Source: Paraspadella gotoi
Lineage: Eukaryota > Animalia > Chaetognatha
NCBI GenBank assembly: GCA_051294375.1
Contig: CM119264.1
Span: forward strand, 22,138,709-22,202,708
Reading direction: 5' to 3'
DNA length: 64,000 nucleotides
Made by a program: the position numbers and the translations under genes. Positions within the stretch are counted from its first letter, which is position 1. Each line of letters opens with the position of its first letter. Below the pieces are notes generated by a model that did no database searches, was not told where the DNA came from, and was given only the letters and a program-made list of their open reading frames with translations. Below are positions 30,734-43,861 of the stretch, piece after piece.

Positions 30734-32440
30734 CTGCGGACGGAAAAGGGGCGAGTGGATCTTTGCCGAAGAATGTTTCACCATGAAGGAGTTCTGACGT
30801 TTGTCGTACAATTAATTATAAATGAAACAATCGCGCGATTCGCCAAATTTCAGACTCTCAGGTCATGAATGTTATTCTCAAAAATTTCATTAATCATAAC
30901 CATCCTCGTCAAAATGACTTTCGCCGCTCAAACTTCGGTCGGTCGTTCGCGGGAGAGAAAAAAAAGAAGCTAAATTGTCCTCTCGTTCCATCAAATGACC
31001 AATATAGCGACCATAAAGCGACAAAAAAAAAAAAAAACCCGCTGACATTTCGGCGGAAAAATGTCACTTTTTTTTCTCGCGCGACGTTTGAACGAGGTCC
31101 CTCACCCCCGCCCTGCTGCTCCCCCTCGGTCTCCCCCCCCCAAAAAAAAAACCCGAAGCGATTCCCGCCGCCGCTTAACTTTGACCCTTCGCTCGCCGAC
31201 CCACAGACTTTTTTTTTTTTGGCGTCTCGGTCTCGCGTGACCTTTGACTTCCCCCGAACCGTTAGTGACTCCCAACCTTCAGCCTCAGTTTGATGGTGTC
31301 TTCGTTGTCGTCGGACCGTCCGCTCGTCTGTCCGCGTCGGAGGAGGCGTTCCGTCATCGTGTCGTCCGTGGCGTCGAAATAGAGGCAGACTGTGCAGGGG
31401 GCGATCTTAGTGCGGGGAAGGGGGGTTATCGTGTAAAGAGTGGATTTCTAGGTGGTTATGGGGGTAAACTTTAAAAAAAAAAAAGCTTTTTGATTTCAGA
31501 ATTTTCAAATTAATTACAATCAATCACTAAATGATTAAAAATAATCTTCGAATAAATAGATAAAAAAAAAAAATTAATCTACAAATCAATCAATCGAATC
31601 TTTCTACAAATCCAATCCAATCATCTAACCTTTTCTTCGAAGAGCGTCCCTTGCTCCACCTCTCTGGGATACCCATCAATGAGGAAGCCCCTCGCCCCTT
31701 CTTTCGCCGCCTTCACCATCGCGTTCTTCAGCAGCTCCAGCACGGTGTCCATGGGAACGAGGATTCCTAGAAAAGGATAATTTACTATTCAACGAACTTT
31801 CGTCGTTGTTGTTATCTTCAAACCGACAGCACGAAAGAGAATCTGCCATCCTTTTCCTAAAAAAGGTCTCAGAGGTCCGAGCGCCTCGACGATCAAAATC
31901 TTAGGAGGTTCAACCCGTCATTTCTTTCCCTCTCTTGTCTAAAAAGGCGCTTAAATCGATGGGCGAAGGAAATCGAGCGCTCCACGGAAAAGACAAGATA
32001 AAAAAAAACCTGTAAAAACACAAGAGATTTTCTTCGTCTTCTCCCGCGGAGATCGACTCACCGTAAATCTAGATTCTAGAGACTTGTCCTCACCCTCCCT
32101 CACCCTATTTCGTTTCGCCCATGAAGTCTCTCACTTGTCTTTTTACTCATCTGACGGATCCACTCTTTCTTTACGACATGACCCTTCAACTTTACCCTTT
32201 TGTTACACATTTTTTAAAAATTTATTAATGCTCTTTTAAAACCTACTCCTTTCTTCGACTTTTTGACTTGTCCGATCTTTCCCAGTCTTTCCTTCCTCTT
32301 TATTCTATGACAACCCCTCTCTCTCCACTCGGCGCTCGATCTTCCCGGCTTGGTAGGAGATTTGTTTCATTGCTTCGGCAAACAAGTCTCATAGAAAGGA
32401 GATAAGAAACTATTGTCCCGGGGCCTGGAGATATTGAGAT

Positions 32441-32495
<55 letters not shown>

Positions 32496-32510
32496 GCAAG
32501 AAGGACACAC

Positions 32511-32541
<31 letters not shown>

Positions 32542-32793
32542 AGAAAGACTGATCCGACCTCCATCAAATAAGGCAAGAGAAAAGAGAAAAGAGAAAAAGA
32601 AAGAAAAGGGAAAATCTAAAGCGCTCAGGATTTCCTCTTATCGATTTATGCCCCCTTCTTTTATCGATTTGCTCCGCCCCCTTTTCTCCTTTTCTTGGGG
32701 CGTAAATCTCTTGTTGTACCGGTTTTATTTACCTTTCCCCAACAGTGCGCGTGATTTCTCCATCCCTCTTCCTTCTCTCTCTCTCTCCTCTCC

Positions 32794-32879
<86 letters not shown>

Positions 32880-33571
32880 CCTTCTTTCATCATCTCGTTA
32901 AGAGACAGACCGAGCGGCGTTTCTGCCTGGACCTCCGCACGTAAAAGGTCGCCTACGAAAAAAACGAATGAACCGGTGAGTCGGCGCGTGTTAATGGAAT
33001 AAATTATATATCTGTACCGGAAATTTAATTGAATGCTCAAATGGTACTATTACATTTTTTTAAGAACAATAAGAATAAGAACAATAAGAACAATAACACT
33101 TTGCGGAAACACTGATTTGTTTCTTCAAAAAGAATTGAAATGAATTGAAAAAGATTAATTAAAACTAATTTAGTTTGTTTAAACTAATTATTGAATTTAC
33201 ATAATAACTTTTCTTTACATAGATTCAGATTCATCTCCTCAGTCTTTTCCTTCGAGGATCGAAAAAATGGGGAAACCCTAAATTGTGGGAAAAGAGAAAC
33301 TTACTGGAAACGAGTCAGGAGCAAAAGAAGAGGAGCGAAAGAAGAGGAGCAAAAGAAGAGGAGCAAAAGAATAGGAGCTGCCACGATGGCGGGAAAGAAA
33401 GAGACGGGGTTGGGTCTCTCACTTTCTGTCAAGAGGAGCGAAGAAACCTTAATTATGTTTGGAGTCTCAAAGGGACGGCCATACGTGCTGAGGACCAGAT
33501 TGAAGGGCGGGGTTCGGAGCGAGCGATTCATGGAGAGAAATTAGAAAGAAAGAAAGAAAGAAAGAACGAAA

Positions 33572-33667
<96 letters not shown>

Positions 33668-34490
33668 AACACGAAATTTTGGAGGATCCGGTGAAAGTAA
33701 ATAAAAACAGAATGAAAAGAAAGAAAGCAAAATAAAGAAAAAAAGAAATACAGAACAAGGAAAGAAAAAGAGTGGGAATCCGAGAATATAATAGAAATCC
33801 GGAGGCAGGTTGATGGGTAAACATAAAAGAGTAAACAATGAGACGCAACAGTACCTGAGACGAACGTCAGACGGAAAGAAAGAGAAAGAGAAAAGAACTG
33901 GTGAAGAGAAAAACGAAAAGAGCGAAAAAACATTTTTTTTTGGAAAACAAAATAAATGAAATTTTAATGAAAAATATTTGAAAGATTTGAGTAAAATTAA
34001 AGACCGAGCGGCGAAAAAATTAAAGCTAGTATGTAACTTGAGCTAAAAAGCATGAAGATAACTTATAAAGGGAGAAGTTGTAATAAGGTAATAATCTGTT
34101 TATTTTGATTCATAACCATCCATTTCTTTTAATGCAAGATGATATATGGAGACTGGAAAAGAAGAAATATTTTTCGTAAGTGAAGAAAGGTGAGCTGTGT
34201 GAACGAACTGTACGGAGAAAAATCAGAGTAAAGATTTATAGACGACGCCATCTTGCCGAATATCGTGATATCCCTGGTGATCGTAGGGGGCGTCGTGAAT
34301 AAAAAAAAGGGGAAACCGAAAGGAAATTCATGACGAGAAAAAGATGACTAAGATAAGGAAGGAAAGGTGAAAAAAGGTTGGGAGGAATGAACGAAGAAAG
34401 GGCAATTTAAAAGTAGAATATGAACAAGATTGAACACAAATTTAATTTTTTTTTTTTTAGTACTTTGCTTTTGCAGTATGAGAGAGAGAG

Positions 34491-34522
<32 letters not shown>

Positions 34523-34526
34523 GAGG

Positions 34527-34557
<31 letters not shown>

Positions 34558-34684
34558 GGGGAGAGTGCCCGATTTGATATTTATGGCCATTTCGACTTTC
34601 TGATGCCCTGCGATTTAAGAAAAGACAAGTGCAATATCTTTGGGGGATATAGAGTGCTAGAGATTTGGCGGGAAAATAGTTCTG

Positions 34685-34734
<50 letters not shown>

Positions 34735-35543
34735 GAATGGCATCGTCACAAAACGTCGCGTGGTTCGGTCAGCAGTAAATGGCTCACCATTCAGTGAAGT
34801 GTCTCGCTATAAAGAGAAACGAAACGAAACCAGTCACAGTCTCGACCTAATAAAAATGAACGGATTGCGTCTGTTGAAATCGAAAAGAGAAACTGATTGT
34901 TCTCTCAAATCAATAGCGAAATGAAGTGAATTGAAATGAAACGATTATCTCAAAATGCATCAAGTTTTAATGAACTAAGTCGAGAATTGTAAAATTGTAA
35001 AAATACGAACGAATCGAGATTGAGTTCGAAAATACGTGACGAGAACTGATAAGCTGATACCACGACCTTAAATTGCGTAGCAATGATTCATCAGAGTTGA
35101 GATGAGATGAGATGAGATGAGATGAGCTGGCATGAGATGAGATAAGATGAGAAACTCTTCGCCTCAAAACAGAAAACGGCACCGAAACTGAATCCGCGAT
35201 GATGGGATAGGATGAGACTTCCGCCCAAAAAGGCGTCGATGGTGAGACGCGAAATCGTGAATAGATTTGGGCGAAGGCGCCAGAAAATCATCATCATCAT
35301 CGTCATCATCTTTCCAATGAAAAACCTTTATTTTCATATCTTGTGTTATAACCAGTCTACAATACGCGGCCAATACTATATAACGATTCTCTTCGCCGTC
35401 ATAAACATCATTGTCTTCAACATAAACATCTATTAACAAGTATGTTTTGAAAACATGAACGTAAAACCACAACATCGTTCTATATTGAAATTTCTCTCTC
35501 GAAGATTTCCCAGAAGATTCATTTTCATCAAATCATGCTAGTT

Positions 35544-35628
<85 letters not shown>

Positions 35629-36929
35629 TACTCTTACACTCAACTGTCCAACATACGGCAAAACACCTTGAATAACATCCCGCCGATCTAAACGCCGAAT
35701 TAACCAACCCTGGTTTTACAGAATGTGCTCTTCAAACCCGCCGCTAGGGGGCAGAAAAAAAAAGACCATCAGAACCGCATGAATAATTTGGCTAAGCCTC
35801 TCTCCCGCGGGACTCGGTCCGCGTCGGTTGTTGGGCAGCGGCGTCGGCGGCGGCAGCGGCGTCGGCGGCGGCAGCGTCGGCGGCGTCGAGGGCAGCGTCG
35901 GCGGCAGCGTCGGCGGCCGCGGGCGAAACCTCCCTTTTTCGCGCAATTAAACCAAACATACATCAAGGCCGCGAAAAGAAAAACCCGAGAAAGAAAAAAA
36001 AAAGAAAATAGGTCAATAACGTTGGATGTATGACTCGCTTGGGAGAGAAACGGCGAAAATATATTAGAATATATATTAAAGAAGAGAAGAAAAAAAAGGA
36101 AAAAGAGTAAAAAGAAAAAAAGAAAAGAAAAAAAGATAAAAATAAAAATATAAGAAAAGAAAAAAAGAGAAGGAAAGAAAGACAAGACATTTCCTAATGA
36201 CAGTCTAGATTTGCCCTCCAAAAATGTTCTCGGATTTGTGGGCGTGTCCCGTCCCCGCTCTTGACGACTTTGTCTCTTGATCTTGATAACCCAAGACTCG
36301 TATTTTTTCGCTTATATAAATTTGGCGCAAATTTTTAATTTTAACTTTTTTTCAACTCGGAACATTAAAGTGAGAGTCCACGACACATGTATTTTAGGTA
36401 GAGTTACGGACGTACAGACTCTTAACGGGAGTCTGNNNNNNNNNNACAGACTCCCGTTAAACAGCGACGCCTCACCGCAGCCATAAAAGAATTTCGTGAA
36501 AAAAAAATTCAAACAATCTAACCCCAAAAACAACCTTTGAAAATGCCGAAAAAGAAAAACCAAGCGAGAAACAAATGTGTTTTGTTAGGTAAACCAGACG
36601 CCATCCCGCGGAGAAAGGGAAGAACGGCGATAAATTTCCATAAACCTTTGCACCGAAAACATTCGTCGCAAAACAAAAGAATCGAAGAAAAAACAGGGAA
36701 ATAGATTCTCCGAGAAAATAAAAAAAAAACATAAAAAAACGAAAAAACAAAAATCTAGGAGTAAAAAAACAACAAACTGAGAAGCCATTATATTCTTCAC
36801 TCGTTTGTTTTGTCGCTATGAAAAATGGCAAAACGAATGTGTTCGACGTGAAGGGGATCGGAATTGTTGTGTTGAGAGAGAGAGAGAGAGAGATGAGAGA
36901 GAGAGGAGAGAGGAGCAGGAGAGAGAAGA

Positions 36930-36963
<34 letters not shown>

Positions 36964-38559
36964 CAGGCTAGGAAAGAAGTGACAATGAATAACAGTTTTT
37001 GATCCTTTTGTTTTTCCAATCGAAGAGTCGTCAAAAAGTAGGCCATCGCCGCTTCTGTCAGCGGCGTTATTTGTCTTCAACGTTCGCTCATCGACACCAT
37101 GGACCCTGATGCCGCAAGCATATTGCAACGGACTTCTTAGGACATAAATCGCCGACAGAAAACCGGTTTTTCGCATAAAAGAACCATAGCTCAAGATTAC
37201 CGACCTCCGGGCAGTCCACCCTCCAGCATTTATACCCGAACAAAGTTTTTTCTTCTTCTGTACAATCAACTTAACTTTCTTTAACTTTAACTTTCTTACA
37301 TCGACACTTCCTTATTTTTCTTTGAAGCTCAAATAGAATTTTTCCCCTTTCTTCTGTGCAACACCACTTTCTCTTCCTCCACCAGCTATCTCAACTTCAT
37401 TCCACCTCCGCATCCTCCCTCCCCTCATTCTTCTTGCCGTCTCCTACCTCTTCGCCCTCGCCACTCTTATCTCTTCAAACCATAACCCCATCTTTTTCCC
37501 CCTTTTCCATTTTTTACTTCCCTTTCCACTTTCACACTCACTTTCCCACCTTTGTCCATTTTCTTATTCCTTTTTGCTGCTTCCTCCCTTTCACCAACAC
37601 GTCCCATAAGTCTTTGCTACTTTCCTCCCTCCCATTTTCTTTCCATTTTCTCTCTCCACTTTCTTTCTTTCCTTTTCTCCTTTTCATTTTCCTCTTTCCC
37701 CAATTCCTTCCTTCCTCCAGTAAACCTCAGCCTCCTCCTCTCCGGAACTGATGCAATAATAATTCCAGCTCCGACACTTTGGAGCTCCGCCCGCGCATAC
37801 AGCGGCCGCCGCCGATGCCGCAGCCGACGCCGGCGCCGCTGACGACGCCGGCGACGCAGCGACCGACGCCGGTTTTTTTCTGTCCGGAAGAAAAAAAGTC
37901 GCTCCCGACGCCGGGAAATCACGACTCGCGGCAATAAACCCGAACTTCGAAGAATCAGAGGCGAGACGACGACGATGACGACGACGACGAAGAAGACCAC
38001 TAGTTGGCTGAAGACGAAACATAGGTACAACTAGAACAGTACTACAACAATAATGATAATAGGGGAAAAGGGAGAAGAATGAGGGGAGGAAGAAAAGGAA
38101 GAAGATGAGAGAGAAGATGACAAAGCCAAAAAAAAAATGAAGATGAAGAATGAACAATGAGAAAGATGATTAAGATGACGATGGTCATGGGAAAGTATGT
38201 ATCAGAATAAGGTTTGGATGAGGAAGATTACCAAGAAAAGGATGTGAGGACGAAGACGAGGACAAGGAAGAGGAAGAAGACGAGGACAAGGAACAGGAAG
38301 AAGACGAGGGGAATGACGAAGGCGACGATGACGACTAAAAGTCGACAATTCTTCTCGGGGTCACTGAATCGAAAATTTAATTACTCCAACAGAGATTTTT
38401 TTCCCTTCTGATTCCAGTCTCTCTCTCTCTATATCTCTCTCTCTCTCTCTTTATCTCTCTCTTTCTCTTTCCTCCTTTTCTCTTCTCTCTTTCTCTCTCT
38501 CTCTCTCTCCTCTCTCCTCTCTCTCCTCTCTCTCTCTCTCTCTCTTCTCTCTCTCCTCT

Positions 38560-38596
<37 letters not shown>

Positions 38597-40038
38597 CGGG
38601 CACACACTCACAAACATGCGCTCACAGAATTGTAATAAAATTGATGAAATCGCGGCTGAATTCACTTTTCTTCTGACGCTTACGAATTGAGTAGCTTCAA
38701 ACCTTCAAGTCGAAATCAAAGTAAACATAAAACCGTAAGAATGAAAAAAGAAAGTCAACTACATAAGTATAAGACATAATCTCCTTCTAATTTTTCTACC
38801 GACTTTCATTTCCTTCTGTCACGATCAGCCTCTCTCTTTCCTGCCCCCGGGGCCGCCCTCGGTTTTCTCCTCTCACCCAGGATCGAGCTCGCCCTCTCGT
38901 TTCAATACCAGATTTTCTGCCCGCAATTTTTTCCCCTCGCCCGTTATCGACCTTGCCCTCTCGCGCTCCCGGCTCCCGGCCCACGCCCGCCAACCCTTTC
39001 CGACAATTCTTTCCAACCCATTTTTTTTCACCCCCTCACCAGCGATCGGTCTCACCCTCTCACTCTTCCTCATCCCGCTTTCACTTACCCGACGACAAAT
39101 GCGTCAGAGAGTAGAGTTCCCTCAGCTTCTCGCACTGCGTGCCCTTCCCGCTTCCGGGTCCGCCGACTACGAACACGATCTTGCTCGTCCGCAAGATGGC
39201 GGCTTCGTCTTTGGCTCTCGTCGCCGCGAAGATGAGACGGTCCAATTCCCGCGCCACCTCCTGAGTACGAAAGGGTGGTAGTAATGGTGGTGGGAGGGGG
39301 TGGGGTGGAGATCGATCGAGCGATCGATGAATTTAACGTTTATATTTAAAAAAAAAATTAAGATAGCACAATAGACAAGGAACGTTCTTTCTGTAAATAC
39401 GTAACTCGATTTCGCAACGGGAGTGAAGACATAAGCAAAATTAACAAACGAGCGAAGTGGTTAACATTACTAATCGTAAATTTATTCATTTAAATAAAAC
39501 TCGATTGGTGGAGAAGAAAAAAAGAACTGAAAAAATATGTTCGATAATAAAAAATAAGGAAAATCGGTCATGAGGAAAAAAGGAATTTTGTGATTTATTT
39601 GAGAAGCGAATTCAAAAGAGCTATTTTTTTCGAATATCAGACGTTACTTGATATTATTACAAGCGAATGTAACACATATTTCCGCTGAAATTAAATTTTA
39701 AAATGATTACAAAGAAAATTTAAATTTAAAGTAGTGAGCGACACAAAGCTGAAGTAAACAGACGATGCTAGAAATTGTAAATGAAGGTAAATGATGGTAA
39801 ATATTTGTAAAGAGACGAGTTGAGCGGAGAAAAGACTCGTAAACAAAAGGGATTTGTTAACAAACGAATTCGTAAACAAAAGAATACTCAAGAATCTTTC
39901 TCTTGCCTCGAACACTTCCTCTTCTTCCTTTTCTTCGGTGGAGACTTGAAGCAACTTTCCTCTTCTCCGAAAATAGTCGATGACTGCCTGAGTTTCTTCT
40001 TGGAAAATCTGAGCGATGGAACGAGAAGGGTTAATTGC

Positions 40039-40069
<31 letters not shown>

Positions 40070-43000
40070 CTCCCGTATCTCACTTCTCTACTTTCTCTAA
40101 TCTCCTCGTCTCGTCTCTCTACTCTCTGTTCTCTTCTCTCTCGCTCTAAGCTACTCTCTCTTTCTTACCCTCATCTTAATCGTTCGCTCTTCCTCTTCCA
40201 TGTTTTCCGATCTCGCCAACAGCGTCTCTTCCGTCGCTTCCAGGTAAACGCAGACGTCACACTTTCGGACCTGAACAAAAAAAGGAAGCTAAAAACATTT
40301 CGATTCAGAAAACCTTAGACTAATAATAGTAATATGAACAAAGTTAGTATCCAACAACAGAAATAAACGTTAGAATTAACAACCGGCAATCTTGCGACAG
40401 AGAGCGACATCTTCGAAGATCTCGTGGAAACAAAAGACTAGCGATTAGAAACGAAAAAAAAACATTCGTATGACAATGAGATTTAAGAAGGATAATCTTT
40501 TTTGGAAAGTTGCCGAAAAAAGAGCAAGAGAGACGACGACGACCACGACGAAGACTGCAAAGACAAAAACTGAAAAGACAATCACGTCAGTACTAATCCA
40601 AGAAGAACGTACGACCGAAAACCTTTTTTTTTAAGTTCTAGTTCTTTCTTTCTTTCTTTCTTTCTTTCGAAGAAAGAAAGGAAAGAAAGAAAAAAGAAGA
40701 AAGAAAGAAAGAAGAAAGAAAGAAAAGAAAGACAAAGAAAGATTAAAGAAAAAGAAAGAAAAAGTAAAGAATAGAAACGAAAGAAAGAAGAAAGACATGA
40801 TGAAAGCNNNNNNNNNNNNNNNNNNNNNNNNNNNNNNNNNNNNNNNNNNNNNNNNNNNNNNNNNNNNNNNNNNNNNNNNNNNNNNNNNNNNNNNNNNNNN
40901 NNNNNNNNNNNNNNNNNNNNNNNNNNNNNNNNNNNNNNNNNNNNNNNNNNNNNNNNNNNNNNNNNNNNNNNNNNNNNNNNNNNNNNNNNNNNNNNNNNNN
41001 NNNNNNNNNNNNNNNNNNNNNNNNNNNNNNNNNNNNNNNNNNNNNNNNNNNNNNNNNNNNNNNNNNNNNNNNNNNNNNNNNNNNNNNNNNNNNNNNNNNN
41101 NNNNNNNNNNNNNNNNNNNNNNNNNNNNNNNNNNNNNNNNNNNNNNNNNNNNNNNNNNNNNNNNNNNNNNNNNNNNNNNNNNNNNNNNNNNNNNNNNNNN
41201 NNNNNNNNNNNNNNNNNNNNNNNNNNNNNNNNNNNNNNNNNNNNNNNNNNNNNNNNNNNNNNNNNNNNNNNNNNNNNNNNNNNNNNNNNNNNNNNNNNNN
41301 NNNNNNNNNNNNNNNNNNNNNNNNNNNNNNNNNNNNNNNNNNNNNNNNNNNNNNNNNNNNNNNNNNNNNNNNNNNNNNNNNNNNNNNNNNNNNNNNNNNN
41401 NNNNNNNNNNNNNNNNNNNNNNNNNNNNNNNNNNNNNNNNNNNNNNNNNNNNNNNNNNNNNNNNNNNNNNNNNNNNNNNNNNNNNNNNNNNNNNNNNNNN
41501 NNNNNNNNNNNNNNNNNNNNAGAGAGAGAGAGAGAGAGTTATTTAGAAAACGATAACCAATAACCGTAACCCACAAAGTGTCGCCTTTATTCCGTTTTGC
41601 AATTCAAAACGTAAGCAAATGCGCACTACGCAAAACCAAAACAGAAGCGAGCGCCACTATCGGATTCTTAAGGACGTTTCTCATCGTAAAACAAAAGATC
41701 GGTTTTCTCATTTTGGTTTACTCTCCCAGAAACAGAAAAATTAGTTCCATTACTCTTTCGGAACAACCTTGCTTTTTCCTTAAATTTACGAAGTGAAACT
41801 TTTTTTATTGTTCGTGGGGGAAGAAATGAATTTTATTTTTTTGAAAACCATTAAAAGTTTAAGTCCGAGTTCTATAAAGAATGATAGTTATTATTTTCTA
41901 CGAAAGTTTTAGAAAACAAAAATGCCAACTCTTTTATTTCACTACCCTCTCACCCGGCGGGACTTTAGTGAGCCCGAATTTGGCGACGATTCTCTCCGTC
42001 ATCGTCGACTTTCCAGCGCCGGGTCCGCCAAGCACAGTGATCACGTGACACGGCTTCAAGAGCCATCGATCCATCTGCCACACGATATCCTACAAGACAA
42101 GTTTGGCGAGAAAGTCTAAGGTTTTCTTTTAACTTTTCTCACTTTTAACTTTCACTCTATTCACAATCTTAAATCCTTCCATCATTTCCTTCACCTCCAT
42201 CACCCCCTCCCTCACCTCGTTGATCTTCATCACATCCCCCTCCCCCTCGATGTAAGCCAGCTTCCCCCTGTCGTCGAAATACTTGACGACGGGTCCCTTC
42301 TTGCGGTGAAAGCGTCGGAGTCTCTTCTCGAAGTATTTCGTGTCGTCGGGTTCTCGATAGTCGCCGCTCTGCTTGGCTCTGATGAGGGAGTGGAGTCAGT
42401 GGAGTGGGAGGGGATAATGAGAGTGGAAGTCAAGACGTCGTGCGTGAAATGTATTAGACTCAATCGGAAACGTCTGCCGCTTTTTGAATCCTCTTTGTAC
42501 TGCGAGAAATGTTTAGTTTCTCGCTAGGGAAGACGGCATCCAAACGTCTCCCGTTCCTGAACGTTTTAACATGGGATTCGAGGTGTAATATGAAGCTTTA
42601 TATTGATCGAGAAACTTTATTAACAATATCACCGAAAACCCGTAAAAACGAGATTCAAAATGAGGCAGATGTTTCTGATTGAGTCTAAAAACAGGACGGA
42701 AAAGTATTCTCATTTCCCTCAAAAAATCGTCAACACCGTAATGTTGACCGGACAGACAAAGGACCGGTCAAGCTCGAGCACTAAGAATTTGAGGCAATGA
42801 GGGAGGGAGGGAGGGGGAGAGAGAGNNNNNNNNNNNNNNNNNNNNNNNNNNNNNNNNNNNNNNNNNNNNNNNNNNNNNNNNNNNNNNNNNNNNNNNNNNN
42901 NNNNNNNNNNNNNNNNNNNNNNNNNNNNNNNNNNNNNNNNNNNNNNNNNNNNNNNNNNNNNNNNNNNNNNNNNNNNNNNNNNNNNNNNNNNNNNNNNNNN

Positions 43001-43329
43001 NNATTTTTCTCACGTTGTGGGGGTATTTGAGTAATGATATGCCCAAAAGGTCAGAATAGGAATATACTCAGTAGAGCTATGGCTGATGAATTTTCGAAAT
43101 TGTCAGTTGTCTTTTTACGGCAAGGCTTGACAAAACGGATCGGCTCGGAATCTCTCGAAAAAGGAATGAAAAATCTGTCCTTATTCAGTAGATGTGTTAA
43201 TGGAACTTAGTCTCAATGCAACGAATTCATTAGGTTTCTTGTATTTCGACTTTTTTAAAATTCTTTGAACAAAATGCGTGAGACAAGGAACCAAGATGAT
43301 GATATCCGAGCGCGGAATAGAAATGGATC

Positions 43330-43387
<58 letters not shown>

Positions 43388-43827
43388 GGGTTTCACTACG
43401 AAACTACGTCGCACTTGATTTAGTTTGGCGGCGGCTGAGAAAATTATACCGATAAAATAAGTTCGTGAGGTGAATCTTTTTCTCTTTTTCTGGATGTCTT
43501 TTGAGTCTTTAGTTTTTTTTTCCTACTTTTCTTTCTTTCTTTTCTTTTTTTCCTTTCTTTCTTTCTTTCTTTTTCTGCCGTTTAGTTCTGTTTTGATAAA
43601 GTTACTTTCAATATTCTTTCGTTCTTTTTCTACACTTTCTTTTCTCCTACTCTATGAAAGACTTTCCTTAAATCTCCGAAATATCTTTTGAAAAGCAAGA
43701 AAAGAAATTGGAAAACCAACATATCAGAAAAATTGTGACAGAAGTGACAAAAGAAGAAAAGGAGGAGAGCAAAAGAGAGAAAGCGAGAGATAGAGAGAGA
43801 AAAGAAAAGAGAGAGAGAGAGATTTCA

Positions 43828-43861
<34 letters not shown>

